From NCBI GenBank assembly GCA_000388065.2, contig KB932206.1: a stretch of DNA of 21,059 nucleotides, one strand, 5' to 3'. The translations under genes were made by a program, and so were the position numbers. The notes under the pieces were generated by a model. The model did no database searches. It saw only the letters and a list, made by a program, of their open reading frames with translations, and was not told where the DNA came from. Every line of letters starts with the position of its first letter. Within the stretch, counting starts at the first letter, position 1. Below are positions 1 to 11,518 of this stretch, one piece after another. The stretch comes from Fonticula alba ATCC 38817. Lineage: Eukaryota; Protista; Nucleariida.

Positions 1-311
1 AGCGCGCCCGCGCAAGCCAACGCCCCCGGGCCGGGCAGGCCATGGAACTCCCCTCGGGCGGGCCTCGCCCGCTGGTTCTGATGTGTCGGCCCAGGTATTT
101 CACAGTGGCTGGTCCGGATATTTCCATTCGCCTGCACACAACAGTGATTTCCCTCCCCTCCCCTCCCCCTCCTCGCACCCGCGCCCCTCCTCCGTCGCCC
201 TTCTCCGCCTCCTCCCGCGCCCTCCCCCCCCCGCCGCCGCCGCCCCCTTCGTGCTCTCCCGGCCCGGATCCTCCCAAGCACCTCCCCTCCCTCCCCCCCT
301 TCCCCGCCAAA

Positions 312-2116
312 ATGTCCACCAGTCGCAACACCTCCTACGACTACCTGATTAAGCTGCTCCTCATCGGTGACAGTGGTGCGTCTTCCTGCTGCTTCATGCA
401 CATGCATGTGCACGTGTGTCCATGGTGGCCGGAAGGGCCCAAATGGTCCTTCGCGCACGCTGGTTTTCCCTCCTGTTGCCCTCCCCCCTCCCCTTCCTTC
501 CCCCATGTGGCCGGCTCCTCTCCCCACCTGGGGAACAGCTCGAAGGATGCGGAGGGGGGGGGGGGGGGGGGGCTCCACATGAGGCGCAGAGGAGCCCTTT
601 GCGGCGCACGGTCCCCCGGCTTCGCCGGGCGACCATGTCCTGGCCCATCGGTGCCCCGAGTGCTACTTTCTTTCCTCTCCCCCCTCCCATTGACACCCTC
701 TCTTTGTCTCTCCTGCTGTAGGTGTCGGGAAGTCGTGCCTGCTCCTGCGTTTCGCCGACAACTCTTTCACCCCTACCTTCATTGCCACCATTGGGTGCGT
801 CCTTTTGAGTGCCGGGCTTTCCGGCCCTCCCCCCCTTGGGGGATGCACCATCTTTTTGGTTCCCTCCCTTTGGCACTTCGTCTTTCCTTCTTTCTCTCTC
901 TTTCTCCTGTCCCTCTCTCCCTCTTTTGTCCTTCTCTCTCCCTCTTTTGTCCTTCTCCTTCCCTCTTTTGTTCTTCTCCTTCCCTCTTTTGTTCTTCTCC
1001 TTCCCTCTTTTGTCCTTCTCTTTCCCTTTTGTCCTTCTCTTTCCCTTTTGTCCTTCTCTTTCCCCTTTGCCCCCCTCTTTCCCTCCCCCTCTCTCTCCCC
1101 TCTCCTTCCCTCCTCCTCCCCTCTCCCCCTCTCAGACGCACCTACGGCTCTCTCTCCTTCTGACCCTCCTCCCGCAGTATCGATTTCAAGATTCGCACCA
1201 TCGAGCTCGATGGCAAGCGCATCAAGCTCCAGATTTGGGATACCGCCGGTCAGGATCGTTTCCGCACCATTACCACCGGTAAGTTGCCCGCCGCATCGGT
1301 CCCTGTCCTTTGCCATGCGTTTTCGTGCTCCTCCTTTCGCTCACCCTCGTGCTCCTGCTTCCCTCTCCCCCCCTCCCCCCGCCCTCCGCTCTTGCAGCCT
1401 ACTACCGTGGTGCCATGGGTATCCTCCTGGTGTTCGATCTTTCCGACCCTGTTTCTTTCCGCAGTACGTCTTTCGCCCCCTTCTTCCGATGCCCTGCCGG
1501 ACACAATCGCACATGCTTCCCCCGCCATGGTCCTAACTTCGTGACGCCCTGCCCTCCCTCCCTTGCCGCTCCCCTGCCCACCTGTTTAGATGTCAACACC
1601 TGGATGCACACCATCGAGCAGCACGCCTGCGGCAGTGTCAACCGCATCCTGATCGGCAACAAGTGCGATATCCCGGCCGACAGCCGGAAGGTCTCCACCG
1701 AGGAGGCCGAGGCTCTGGCCAAGGAGTACGGCATTCGCTACTTCGAGACTTCGGCCAAGGAGGACATCAACGTCACCGAGGCTTTCCGCACCCTGGCCAG
1801 GTACGCACGGACCCGTCCACGCCACAACACCCCCACGGGGGCGTGACACATTGCGCCTCTCTCCTCTCCGGGACGCCCCTCCCTGCCTTTTTTCTAACCT
1901 GCCCTCCTTCGCCCGTGTGTTCCCCCCTCCATATACGCGCACACGCATACACACACGCACAGCGACATCAAGACTCGCCTGATCGACAACAACCCCTCGT
2001 CGGCTGCCGGGGGTGCCGACGACCGCGCTGGCGCCGGGAAGAGCGGCAACACCGTCGACCTGCATGGCGACACCTCGGATGACGCTCCCACCCCCAAGAA
2101 CAGCAAGTGCTGCTAA
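312..2116 (+). CDS. RAB8: Rab8/Sec4-family small GTPase, 6 exons, 222 aa
   Basis: Exons 312-375, 722-794, 1178-1278, 1398-1463, 1590-1800, 1963-2116 total 669 nt, with all junctions GT-AG and in phase. The spliced protein has P-loop [51 protein letters not shown] (Rab8/Sec4-type), G4 NKCD, G5 ETSAK and a C-terminal CC prenylation motif. Confidence 0.95.
921..1070 (+). repeat. Intronic pyrimidine-rich minisatellite (19-21 nt units such as CCCTCTTTTGTTCTTCTCCTT)
   Basis: About 7 imperfect tandem copies read directly in Rab intron 2 (795-1177). Confidence 0.85.
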
Positions 2117-2138
2117 ATGCCCGCATTCTTGCGGGGCA

Positions 2139-2162
2139 TCTCTCTCTCTCTCTCTCTCTCTC
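2139..2162 (+). repeat. (CT)n microsatellite in the Rab 3' UTR
   Basis: Continuous tctctc run just after the stop codon at 2114-2116. Confidence 0.9.
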
Positions 2163-2554
2163 TGGGCTGCTGCCACCGGGCACCGCCTTCCTGCCTTCCT
2201 TGGCGCTGTCCCGCCATTCGGTGGTGATATGGCGGCCGATGCGCACCGTCTCCTTTGAGGGCATCTCCTCCCTTCCCCCTTCCCTCCTCCTCCTTCTTCT
2301 CCCCTCCCTTTCACCGCACACAAAAGTACACACCACGTTCCAATCGGTTGATTTTCAGTTTTAATCCCGTCCATGCCCGAGGAGGTGCGCGCGCCGGTGT
2401 GTTGTGTAATACCTACCACTCCGGCATGCGTGTTCCTTTCTGGCCCGGCGTGCCTCTCTCTCGGACCGAGGCAAAGGTGGCGGCGGACAGGGAACGTGGG
2501 TGTGCCGCATGCGCGCGCCATGTTCCCTCCTCCTCTCCCTCCGCCCCCCCCCCC

Positions 2555-2894
2555 NNNNNNNNNNNNNNNNNNNNNNNNNNNNNNNNNNNNNNNNNNNNNN
2601 NNNNNNNNNNNNNNNNNNNNNNNNNNNNNNNNNNNNNNNNNNNNNNNNNNNNNNNNNNNNNNNNNNNNNNNNNNNNNNNNNNNNNNNNNNNNNNNNNNNN
2701 NNNNNNNNNNNNNNNNNNNNNNNNNNNNNNNNNNNNNNNNNNNNNNNNNNNNNNNNNNNNNNNNNNNNNNNNNNNNNNNNNNNNNNNNNNNNNNNNNNNN
2801 NNNNNNNNNNNNNNNNNNNNNNNNNNNNNNNNNNNNNNNNNNNNNNNNNNNNNNNNNNNNNNNNNNNNNNNNNNNNNNNNNNNNNNNNNNNNNN
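2555..2894. other. Assembly gap (N run)
   Basis: 340 N, preceded by a poly-C run. Confidence 0.99.
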
Positions 2895-4123
2895 CTCTTG
2901 CGTCTACGCAAGAGCGAGAGCCTGTTCATGCACCTGTGCCACGAGAGAAGGGGGTCCATGTCGCGTTCGCGCGCATGCGCCTGTGCTCGTGTCATCCTCA
3001 TGTGTGTGTGTGTGTGCGTGTGTGTGTGTGTGTGTGTATGCTTCAGCACACCCAGACGGCGCCCGTCAGCTGTGCATGCATTCCGGCATCTCCCCACTCC
3101 CCATCCACCTCATGTCTCCCTCCCGGGCCCGCCTCCTTTTCTCTGTCCTTCCCCTCCCCCCTCCTCTTCTTTTTCCCTCCCCCCCAAACCCCCAAATACA
3201 AACATGCCTCTAGTTTCTGTTGGCACCATTGCATGTCTTTTCGTGCCGCGGCCCTGCATGCGCTCCCGGGGACCGGCACACACGGACGCACGCGCACACG
3301 CGCGCGCTTCCTGCCGGTCGACACACGGCTCGGTCGTGGTGTGCGAGGGTGGGCTCCGGCGCGCTAGGACAGCGAGAGGGCGAGGGACTTGCAAGATCCC
3401 CCCCCCCCCCTCCCCGGTCGGGCGAGCTAGGCTCATCTCCAGGGACAAGCTCGATCCCGCTAACGTGCCAACTGTCTGTCCCGCCCCCGCCCTCTCCTCC
3501 CCCAGCCGGGCGGGGGAAAACACGGCCCGTCCGTTCCGCGGCCGAGTCACGTGTCTGACCTGCCCTCCTCGATTTGCCCCCAATCGGGGAACTAGTCCCT
3601 CCCTCTGCGGGGCCTCGCTCCACCCGCCGGGCTGCGCTTGGGGGCATCCTCGAGAGGCGGAGGCCCGGAGCGCGGGCAGGGGGCACGGCGGGGGGCGGCC
3701 AGAATGGGCCTCTTCTTCCATGTGTCTGTTAACCAATAATAGCTGCGATCGCCAGGTGCCATTGTCGGTGGGGATGGCCTCCTTGTCGGGGAGGGGGGGG
3801 CTGGTTCCAGGGGAGAGGGGCCTCTGTGATGGTGGGGCCGTGGCTGGCGCCGGCCTGCGGCCTGGGGCTCCGGGGCCCTGTGTGTGTGCTGCTTCTTTTG
3901 AGGGGAGATGGCCGGAGCCGCGCCGACCCGGTGCAGTGGCACCCGACACATCCACCTTCTGTCCATCTGTCTGTTTGTCCTCCCTTCCCCATCCACTTTC
4001 TCCCCCCCCCCCCCTCTCCCTCGCACGCTTCGTCTCCCCGTCCGTCCTGCCGAGCTTCACCCTCCCCCCTGGTCCCCTTTGCCTCGCTCCGATCCCCGGT
4101 CCCCTCCCCACCGGCGCTGAGAG

Positions 4124-6295
4124 ATGTCCCGCTCATCCATACAGCTCATCCAGCAGCAGCTGGGCCAGGCGTTCGACCTCGACAGCGAGGGCATGCACGA
4201 TGTACGGCTTCAGCATGGTCTTCCTCGGATCCGGCTTTCCGGCCCACACTGACCCCGGCCTCCCTGCCTCGCGCCCCCCCCCCCCCCCAGGAGGCCTATC
4301 TGTCGTACCTCGACTGCCTGGTTCTCCTCTCCGAGGGTCTGAAGGACGTCATCCCGACCATCCTCGACGACGGGACGATTGCCGACGTGCAGCGTGCGCC
4401 ACCTGCCGTTCTTCTCGCGCCTCCCCGGCTGTGTGGGTCTTTTGCCCCTAACAAGCTTTTTGCCCTGCTCCTCCTCCTCCTCCGGCTGCCCCTCATGCAG
4501 CCATGAAATCCCAGCGCATCGATCAGCTCTTCTTCTTCGCGCGCGGGTGCATCGAGCGGGCCCATGAGATTGCCATCGAGCGCGGTTCCACCTCTGGCGA
4601 CAGCTTCACCTCGCCCTCCAAGCCTCGGATTGGATCCCGGACGGAGCAGCATCCGGCGGCCGTGTCGGTCCCGGCGGCCGCGCCGGCTCCGGTGGCCGCG
4701 CCGGCTCCGGTGACCGCGCCGGCTCCGGCCACCGGCCCGCAGGGGCACCTGCTCCCCGGGCAGACAATCTACGATGCCCTGCTGCCGGCGGTTCCCGGCA
4801 CGACCGACACCACGGAGGCCGGGCACGCCCGAGCCAATGCCCTGCTGGCGGCGGCGTCCGAGCACCGGCGCCTGGAGCAATATGCCCGCCAGCAGTCGGC
4901 GGCCCTGTCCAAGTGGGTAGCGCCCTCGGATGACATCTTCAGCACCCAGGCCATCGCCCTGCGCAATCAGCTGGCCACCGAGACAAGCTCCTTCAGCGCG
5001 GCCGTGCAGCGGGAGCTCACGTCCCTGCCCACGAGCGCGCTGCTTCGCTTCAAGTCCATGAATGTGGGCCAGCTGCAGGTGGCTCGAGATCGGCTGCGCG
5101 AGTATGAGCGCAAGACCGAGGGCCCCGGGTCCACGAATATGCTCTCGCCTCAGGCCCATCTGCAGAATGTGCGGCTCGTGTTCTTTTGCCGGCCGAAGGA
5201 TCCGCTCGTCTTCCGGACCACGCTAACCATTTTCCCTGGCTGCCCGGTCTTTCTCCCTCTCTGTGTGTCTGTCTTTCCCCCTGTGTGTGTCTGTCTTTCC
5301 CCCTNNNNNNNNNNNNNNNNNNNNNNNNNNNNNNNNNNNNNNNNNNNNNNNNNNNNNNNNNNNNNNNNNNNNNNNNNNNNNNNNNNNNNNNNNNNNNNNN
5401 NNNNNNNNNNNNNNNNNNNNNNNNNNNNNNNNNNNNNNNNNNNNNNNNNNNNNNNNNNNNNNNNNNNNNNNNNNNNNNNNNNNNNNNNCTCCTCCCTCTC
5501 TCTCTGTGTCTCTCCGCCTCGCCGCATCTCCCTCCGGATGCCGGTGCCTTCAGACGCGCCGACTGCTGGAGGACATCCAGATCCTGGAGTCGCGCCAGCA
5601 GCAGTGTGAGGATCAGCTTCGCCGGGCACCAACCCTCAGGCTGTCGCGCGATGTCGACATCCTCACCGTGGAGACGGTGGCCGAGCAGCTGGTCCTGTTG
5701 CTGAACAATGTCTTCCGGAGCGTGGTCGCCGCCGGTACGCGTGTCAGTCTGCCAGCCTCTCCCCCCTTGCTTGGGCGCCCTGCCTGACCTGTCGGTTCCT
5801 TTCTCGGTGTCCATGCACGCCGGCCTCCCCCGAATGGGCCTGCGCCTTGCCATGTGCTTGCATCGGTCCGCATCGCCGGGACAGACGTTGTCCACCTGGC
5901 CAAGGTCCTGGGCGACGCGCAGCTCTCCTCGGCCAGCAACACGGCCATCCCGCTGTTGGTTTTGGCTCGGCACATCCGCCGGTGGATCCAGTCGGAGATC
6001 CTGCCCAACCTCATGCAAGAGCCGGGGTCCGCGTCTGCCAGCCCCAAGGGCCGGGGTGCCATCATCGACTTCTTCTGCCGGGTGGCGGTGCATTGTTACT
6101 ACAGCCTGTCCTGCTATGAGGCCTCGGCCATCGTGTCCGAGGCGCTCCTGTCGATCCCGATCAAGCGCCTGAAGAAGTCCTGGTCCTATGTCAACCCGAA
6201 AACAAGTCAGGTGCGATGCCTGTCCCCTGTGCACGGCTGCCCTTTCTGCGGCTTTCGTTGCCGATCGCATGCGCCGCATGCGTGCGCGCGCACCT

Positions 6296-6332
<37 letters not shown>

Positions 6333-7717
6333 CCCCTGTCCGGGCATTTGCCTCTGCCGCTTTGTACTTCGCACCTTGCACTGACTGTCGATGCTTGGCC
6401 GTGTGTGCCCCGCTCCGATGCAGGCCTTCTATGCCATGCGCGACCAGATTTCCATCGAGACCAACTACGCTGGGCTTCGCCTGGACTTGAGCCAGGCCCC
6501 GCTGCCGGTCCAGGTATGTGCACATTTTGGCCAGCATCACCACGCACACAGCCGCACGGGCGAGGAGCCGAGCAGGCCGGCCAGCATGGGCGCCCCCCCT
6601 CCCTCGCCCCCCCCCCCTCCTGGCACCCTGCTGCGGTCCCTTTCGCTGGCCACTCACCTCTCGGGTTCGATTCCAGCCCTACATCGGCATGTACCTGCAT
6701 GACTATTCGCTGGCGTCGCTCAGCCAAGATGAGATGGTGTCCTTCTCGGACCATCTGGGCCGGCTGCAGCAGGTCCCCTATCACCAGCTGTCGGTGCAGC
6801 TGCTGGTGCATCACTACATCCTGACCCGGCCGACGACCAGCCCTCCGACGGCCGGGGGCTTGCCCTTCAACTTCGAGCTGGACATCTACCGGCGGTCGAT
6901 CGTGGCCGAGGCCCTGAACAAGGGGGAGACCGACTACTCGCAGTCGACCCTGGCCAAGAGTGGGTCTTTCATTTCGGACGAAATTTACGAGTCTGTGCTG
7001 GGGCGGCTGGAGCGCGCGGCGGTGCCGGCGGCGGCTCCGGCCCCGGCGCCGGGGTCCTCGCCATCTGGGCCGGCGCCGGCCGACGAGCCGCCGAGCCAGC
7101 CACTGCCAAGCTGGCTGCTGGGTGCGACGGCCTCGACATCGCCGAGCGCCGCCGGCACCGGCCATGCATCGGGCTCGTCGTCATCGTCGTCGGTGGTGTC
7201 CGCGACTGGTGCCGCCGGGAAGCCGGCGTCCAGCACCGCCGCCACCGCCGCCGCCACCACCACCACCACGGCCGCCAGTGGCGCGCCGAAGCGCATGTTC
7301 ACCACGCCGAGGATCTCCCCGCATAGCAGTCAGCTGGGCATGGAGCCGGCCGGGTCCATTCCCATGGAGCCCCTGCGTGATGTGGGGAGCATCACCCCGG
7401 CGGCGGGCTCGTCGCTGGAGGAGTGGAGCGAGCTCGGGTCCCCGGAGGCCGGGAAGCTGGAGCAGCTGGCGGCCGACGAGGCCGGGCTGGGGCCGGGCGA
7501 GTCGTCGCAGCTCCCCCCGCCGCCGAGCTACAGCCACTCGGCGCATGGGTCGCCGCTCGGGGATGAGGGGCACATGGCCGCGTCTCGCCGGGCGGCCGAT
7601 GCCGATGCCTTCGCCGCCGGGGGATCCACCGCCGAGGCTCCGGAGTTGGAGATGCTCCTGGGGCCGTCGTCCTCGTTGTCGATCAACGGCGATGCCGGCA
7701 CTGACAGCGACGAATAG
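4124..7717 (+). CDS. RasGEF (CDC25-like) domain protein with N-terminal MIT-like helical domain, 7 visible exons, about 828 aa
   Basis: Exons 4124-4201, 4291-4393, 4501-5168, 5554-5734, 5885-6210, 6424-6513, 6677-7717 total 2487 nt, are in phase, and follow an in-frame TGA at 4118-4120. CDC25 hallmarks appear in order: TVAEQLVLLLNNVFRSV, RWIQSEIL, RGAIIDFFCRVAVHC, AIVSEALLSIPIKRLKKSW, NYAGLR, PYIGMYLHD, QQVPY. The N-terminus QAFDLDSEGMHDEAYLSYLDCL...FARGCIERAHEI resembles a MIT-type three-helix bundle. The start codon is uncertain, and a small exon could be hidden in gap 5305-5488. Confidence 0.85.
4678..4730 (+). repeat. Coding 18-nt tandem repeat x3 (AAPAPV-like units)
   Basis: ccgcgccggctccggtg repeated three times, encoding AAPAPVAAPAPVTAPAPA. 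Confidence 0.85.
5305..5488. other. Assembly gap (N run) inside a RasGEF-gene intron
   Basis: 184 N. The flanking donor (5169) and acceptor (5553) are both phase 0, so no hidden exon is required. Confidence 0.99.
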
Positions 7718-8079
7718 TGCGCGTGTGTGTGTGGAGAGGCCAAGGAGGGCATTGTGTCCCGCCCTGGTCCGCTTCCTCCCCGTCCTTGTGCATGGCGAGC
7801 GAGACCCGTGGTGTTTCTCGTGGCGCGAGGGGGGGGGAGGGGCGAGAATATACATACACACCCCATGCACACGCACGCTCACGCGCAAGCATTTTTTTAA
7901 TGCATGTACCATTTGTAAATATGTGTTTTATGTCCGACGGAGGGGCGTACATGGAAAAAATGGCCCCGCCTGCGTGTGTATGCGCGCAAGGGGGCATCCT
8001 CGGGAGAGAGCATGACAGGGTCGCGTCTCCGGGGCCGGGCCGTTGCCGCCTCGTCAAGATGCCACACATCGGCGTGTGT

Positions 8080-8082
8080 ACG

Positions 8083-8118
<36 letters not shown>

Positions 8119-8141
8119 TGTGTGTGCGTGTGTGTGTCTGT
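8080..8141 (+). repeat. (CGTG)n / (TG)n microsatellite
   Basis: Tandem cgtg units followed by tg units, downstream of the RasGEF gene. Confidence 0.85.
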
Positions 8142-8923
8142 GCGTATGGGTGTGCCCGGTGGTCGCGGCGGGAAACGCCGCGCCCCCTTCGTTGGCACTC
8201 GGTGGATGGGGCAGGTGGTTGCTCGGTCAGGCAGGAGACAGGGCCCGGGGCGGGGGGGGGGGGAATGTGAAAAGGCAGGGGCCTTCGGGCCCGGGTGTGC
8301 TTCGCATCCCCAGGCATATGAGTCCGGGGTGCGTGCGTGTGTGTTTCGGCCGGGCATGCCTGGAGCTGAGGCGCCGGCGGTCGCCCTGCCGATCAGCCGG
8401 CCTGGCCAGCATTCCGTCCCGAGCTGGGGGGGTGGGTGCGGGGGCGAGGGTTGGCGGTGCGTGCGCTTCGGCCTGCCGGCCAGGGCCGGGGGAGGGATGC
8501 CAGGTGCGTGGGCGCGGCTCCGGTCCGGACAACATCGCCCCCCGGACGGCGTGTGGACCGGGATCCACATCCGACGGCGGTGCGGGCATTTTTCTCGGGC
8601 CCCTTTCCGTCTTGGGGTGGAGCCGCGCCAGGGGGCGACGGTGACGAGGCCCAGCTCGGTGGGTTCTTTTTTTCGGCCGCCTCCCCAGGCCGGGCCGGGT
8701 CCCCACCGCTCCCTGCCCCGTGCCTTGCTTTCGGCCCCTGCGGCTCGGCCATCTATGCGTGTGGCTCCTCTTCCGCGCCCCGGTGGATGGTCCCCTTGGC
8801 GCGCTGGGCGCGCCCTCCTCTCCCGGGTGTTCTGCCCGGCTTCTCTTCGGGCCGGCTGGGCATTCTGGCGCGCCTTCCGGCCCCCCTCTCGCCCCGCACA
8901 CCAGTGCGCCCCGGCCGGCGACT

Positions 8924-8949
8924 CGCGCGCGCGCGCGCGCGCGCGCGCG
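8924..8949. repeat. (CG)13 perfect alternating tract
   Basis: 26 nt of uninterrupted CG dinucleotides read directly. Confidence 0.95.
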
Positions 8950-9756
8950 GAGTGATGACTGGATGGGGTACGTGTTCGGCGCTTGAGATCGCGTCCGCGC
9001 GAGCGCCTCGAAAGGATCCCTGCATTCTCCCGGTTGCCGCGGTCAGGGGTAATTTATCGCTTTTTACGGGCCGCTGGCCCTGCGCCGCCCTCCGGGGCGG
9101 GGGGGCCGGGAGACAGGAAGGTTGCCACGGGGTCGCGCTCAATCCCGGGGCGGCGACCGCGGGTGTCGCCGCGCTGGCGCCCTGCTTTCCTGGTTGATGG
9201 CCGAGCGGCGCCGCCCGGCCTGGCGGGCGGAGTGGCCCGTTGGCATTTGTGCAACTCTCGCCCGCCAGGCACCTGGCCGCCCCCCCTCTCGCGCCGTTCT
9301 CGACCCACAGATGGACGCGTGCCCTCGCCTCGCGCGGCCTCGCCTGTGCCGTGCGGCCGGGGGCCGGCCCGACGGCGGTGATATGACGCCCCCGGGTGGG
9401 AGGCTCCCCCGCCCGCGCCCGCGCCCGCGCCCGCGCCCGGGCCGAGCCGAGACAGTCCGACGCTGGCCGGGCCTTGTCCGGGCCATGCCCGCCCCTCCGC
9501 CCGGCTCTCGCGCCGCGATCGTCGGCGTGCGGTCACGGCCCCGGGGAGGGGGGCAGGCGTGTGGCGACCCCGGGGCGGGCCTCCGTGCCCCGCTGCCGGC
9601 GGCGACCGGCCGCACGCGATCTCGCCAGCGGGCGCCCTCCGGCGAGACCCGTCGCACTGATCCCGCCGCACCGGCGCCCGATGACTCAGAGTACTTGTAT
9701 ATGAAACGCCCGGGCCGTGTGGCACGGCTGCGCCCCACACGGCCCCCGCTTCCTGT

Positions 9757-9787
<31 letters not shown>

Positions 9788-10826
9788 GCCCCCCCCGCAG
9801 CGCCCGGCGCCCGGTGGGGTCCCCTTGCCCGGCTGACATGACGGCGCCATGGCGGGGGGGTGGCCCCGGAGGACGAGCCGGCCGGTCGCAATTCCCAACG
9901 AAGCATGCTCCCCGCTCCCAGACCCGGGGCCGGCACGCGGGAGGGGGCGGCGGGGGGGGGGGGGGTTGCTCGCGCGAGCCAGAGGGGCCCGGCACACGCA
10001 GGTGTGTCTGTGTCCACGGCCGCGATTAGAGAAGGAGCGAGGCGCACACACGCGCACGGACACACACACACACATGCAGCCCGAATGCGCAGGGGCGCCC
10101 CCTCGCACATCCGCGGTGTCCCCGGTCAGTTTGCCCGACGCCCCTTTGTTTCCGCCCGCCCCCTGCAGATCGAGAGGTGCCGCAGCGGCCCGGTGGCCGC
10201 CGGTGTGGGGCTGCCGAGGCCCAGGTCGGAGGCGTTGGGGTCCATCCCCCCGGCGGGGGGGGCCGGAGGCTGGCCCAGGGAGGGTGCATGTACGGGCCGA
10301 GCCCCGGACATACGCGACGCCCGGCCGGATGGTCGCGCACCACAGGGGAATATGCCCGGGAGTGGCCTGCTCCGTCGGCCCTCCCCTCGGTTGCATCTTC
10401 GCGCACTCTCGCGACAAGACGAGTCGACGGGGGTGTTCTTTGGCTGGCGCCCCTGTGCTCTGCTGAGGTGCCCCCCCCCCGGGTCTTGGTGTGCGGGGGC
10501 ACGCGCCCCTGCCGACGCGCTGGGCAGGCGGGGCGAGCAGGGGGCGCCCCCGGGGGCACACAGGCGGCGGCCGCGGCGGCCTGGACGGCTGGTCGCCACT
10601 CGCGCCGCCAGGGGCGGCGGATCTCCACCCGGATCGGCCGCTTCTGTTTTTTGTTGTTACCACCGGGGTGCTCCGTGGCCTTTGTTGTTTGTTCCTGGTA
10701 TGCCCCTTCTTTTCTCCCTGAGCCGTCCCCCCATCATCCGGGCGACCGCTGGTTCGGGCTCCGCCGGGCCGGCGGTCCCCCCCCCCCCCCCCATTCGGGA
10801 TGCCTGCGCCGGCTGCCAGTGGCACG

Positions 10827-10864
<38 letters not shown>

Positions 10865-11108
10865 TTGTGATCCTCCCCCTCTCCTCTCTCTGGCCCCCTC
10901 TTCCCCTCCTTCTCGCTCCCTTTCCGTCGCCGGCCAGCTCTGCCCGACAGTTGAGTGGGCGTGCCCCAGTGCGTTGTCTCGGGCCAGACTCAGGCATTCC
11001 CTCTCCTCCTCTCGTGTATTCCCCTCCCCACGCGATCGTCCTAGCCATTTCTCGCCTTTCCCTGGACCCGGTCACCTTCCTTCCTTGCCCCCCCCCCCCC
11101 TCTCTCTC

Positions 11109-11518
11109 NNNNNNNNNNNNNNNNNNNNNNNNNNNNNNNNNNNNNNNNNNNNNNNNNNNNNNNNNNNNNNNNNNNNNNNNNNNNNNNNNNNNNNNNNNNN
11201 NNNNNNNNNNNNNNNNNNNNNNNNNNNNNNNNNNNNNNNNNNNNNNNNNNNNNNNNNNNNNNNNNNNNNNNNNNNNNNNNNNNNNNNNNNNNNNNNNNNN
11301 NNNNNNNNNNNNNNNNNNNNNNNNNNNNNNNNNNNNNNNNNNNNNNNNNNNNNNNNNNNNNNNNNNNNNNNNNNNNNNNNNNNNNNNNNNNNNNNNNNNN
11401 NNNNNNNNNNNNNNNNNNNNNNNNNNNNNNNNNNNNNNNNNNNNNNNNNNNNNNNNNNNNNNNNNNNNNNNNNNNNNNNNNNNNNNNNNNNNNNNNNNNN
11501 NNNNNNNNNNNNNNNNNN
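11109..11518. other. Assembly gap (N run) upstream of the ACAP start codon
   Basis: 410 N between a (CT)n tract and a poly-C tract. Confidence 0.99.

Noticed and set aside
42-311. In-frame upstream ATGs (42, 81) that would add a 90-aa Pro-rich extension to the Rab
   Set aside because: The sequence is poly-C low complexity typical of UTR/promoter DNA here, and ATG 312 gives a normal Rab N-terminus. It cannot be fully excluded without TSS data.
921-1070. CRISPR-like repeat array
   Set aside because: The units are directly tandem with no unique spacers, and they lie in a eukaryotic intron.
2255-3686. ORFs spanning the first gap and the region between the Rab and RasGEF genes
   Set aside because: They are inflated by N runs and microsatellites, with no recognisable protein signal.
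8943-9001. Candidate C/D-box snoRNA (GTGATGA at 8952 with a flanking cgcgcgg/ccgcgcg stem)
   Set aside because: There is no CTGA box D at a suitable position, and the stem is explained by the CG repeat.
9050-9070. Resemblance to the U2 5' end (ATCGCTT), U5 loop 1 or a Pol III terminator
   Set aside because: Only 7-9 nt match, and no surrounding snRNA or tRNA structure or A/B boxes are present.
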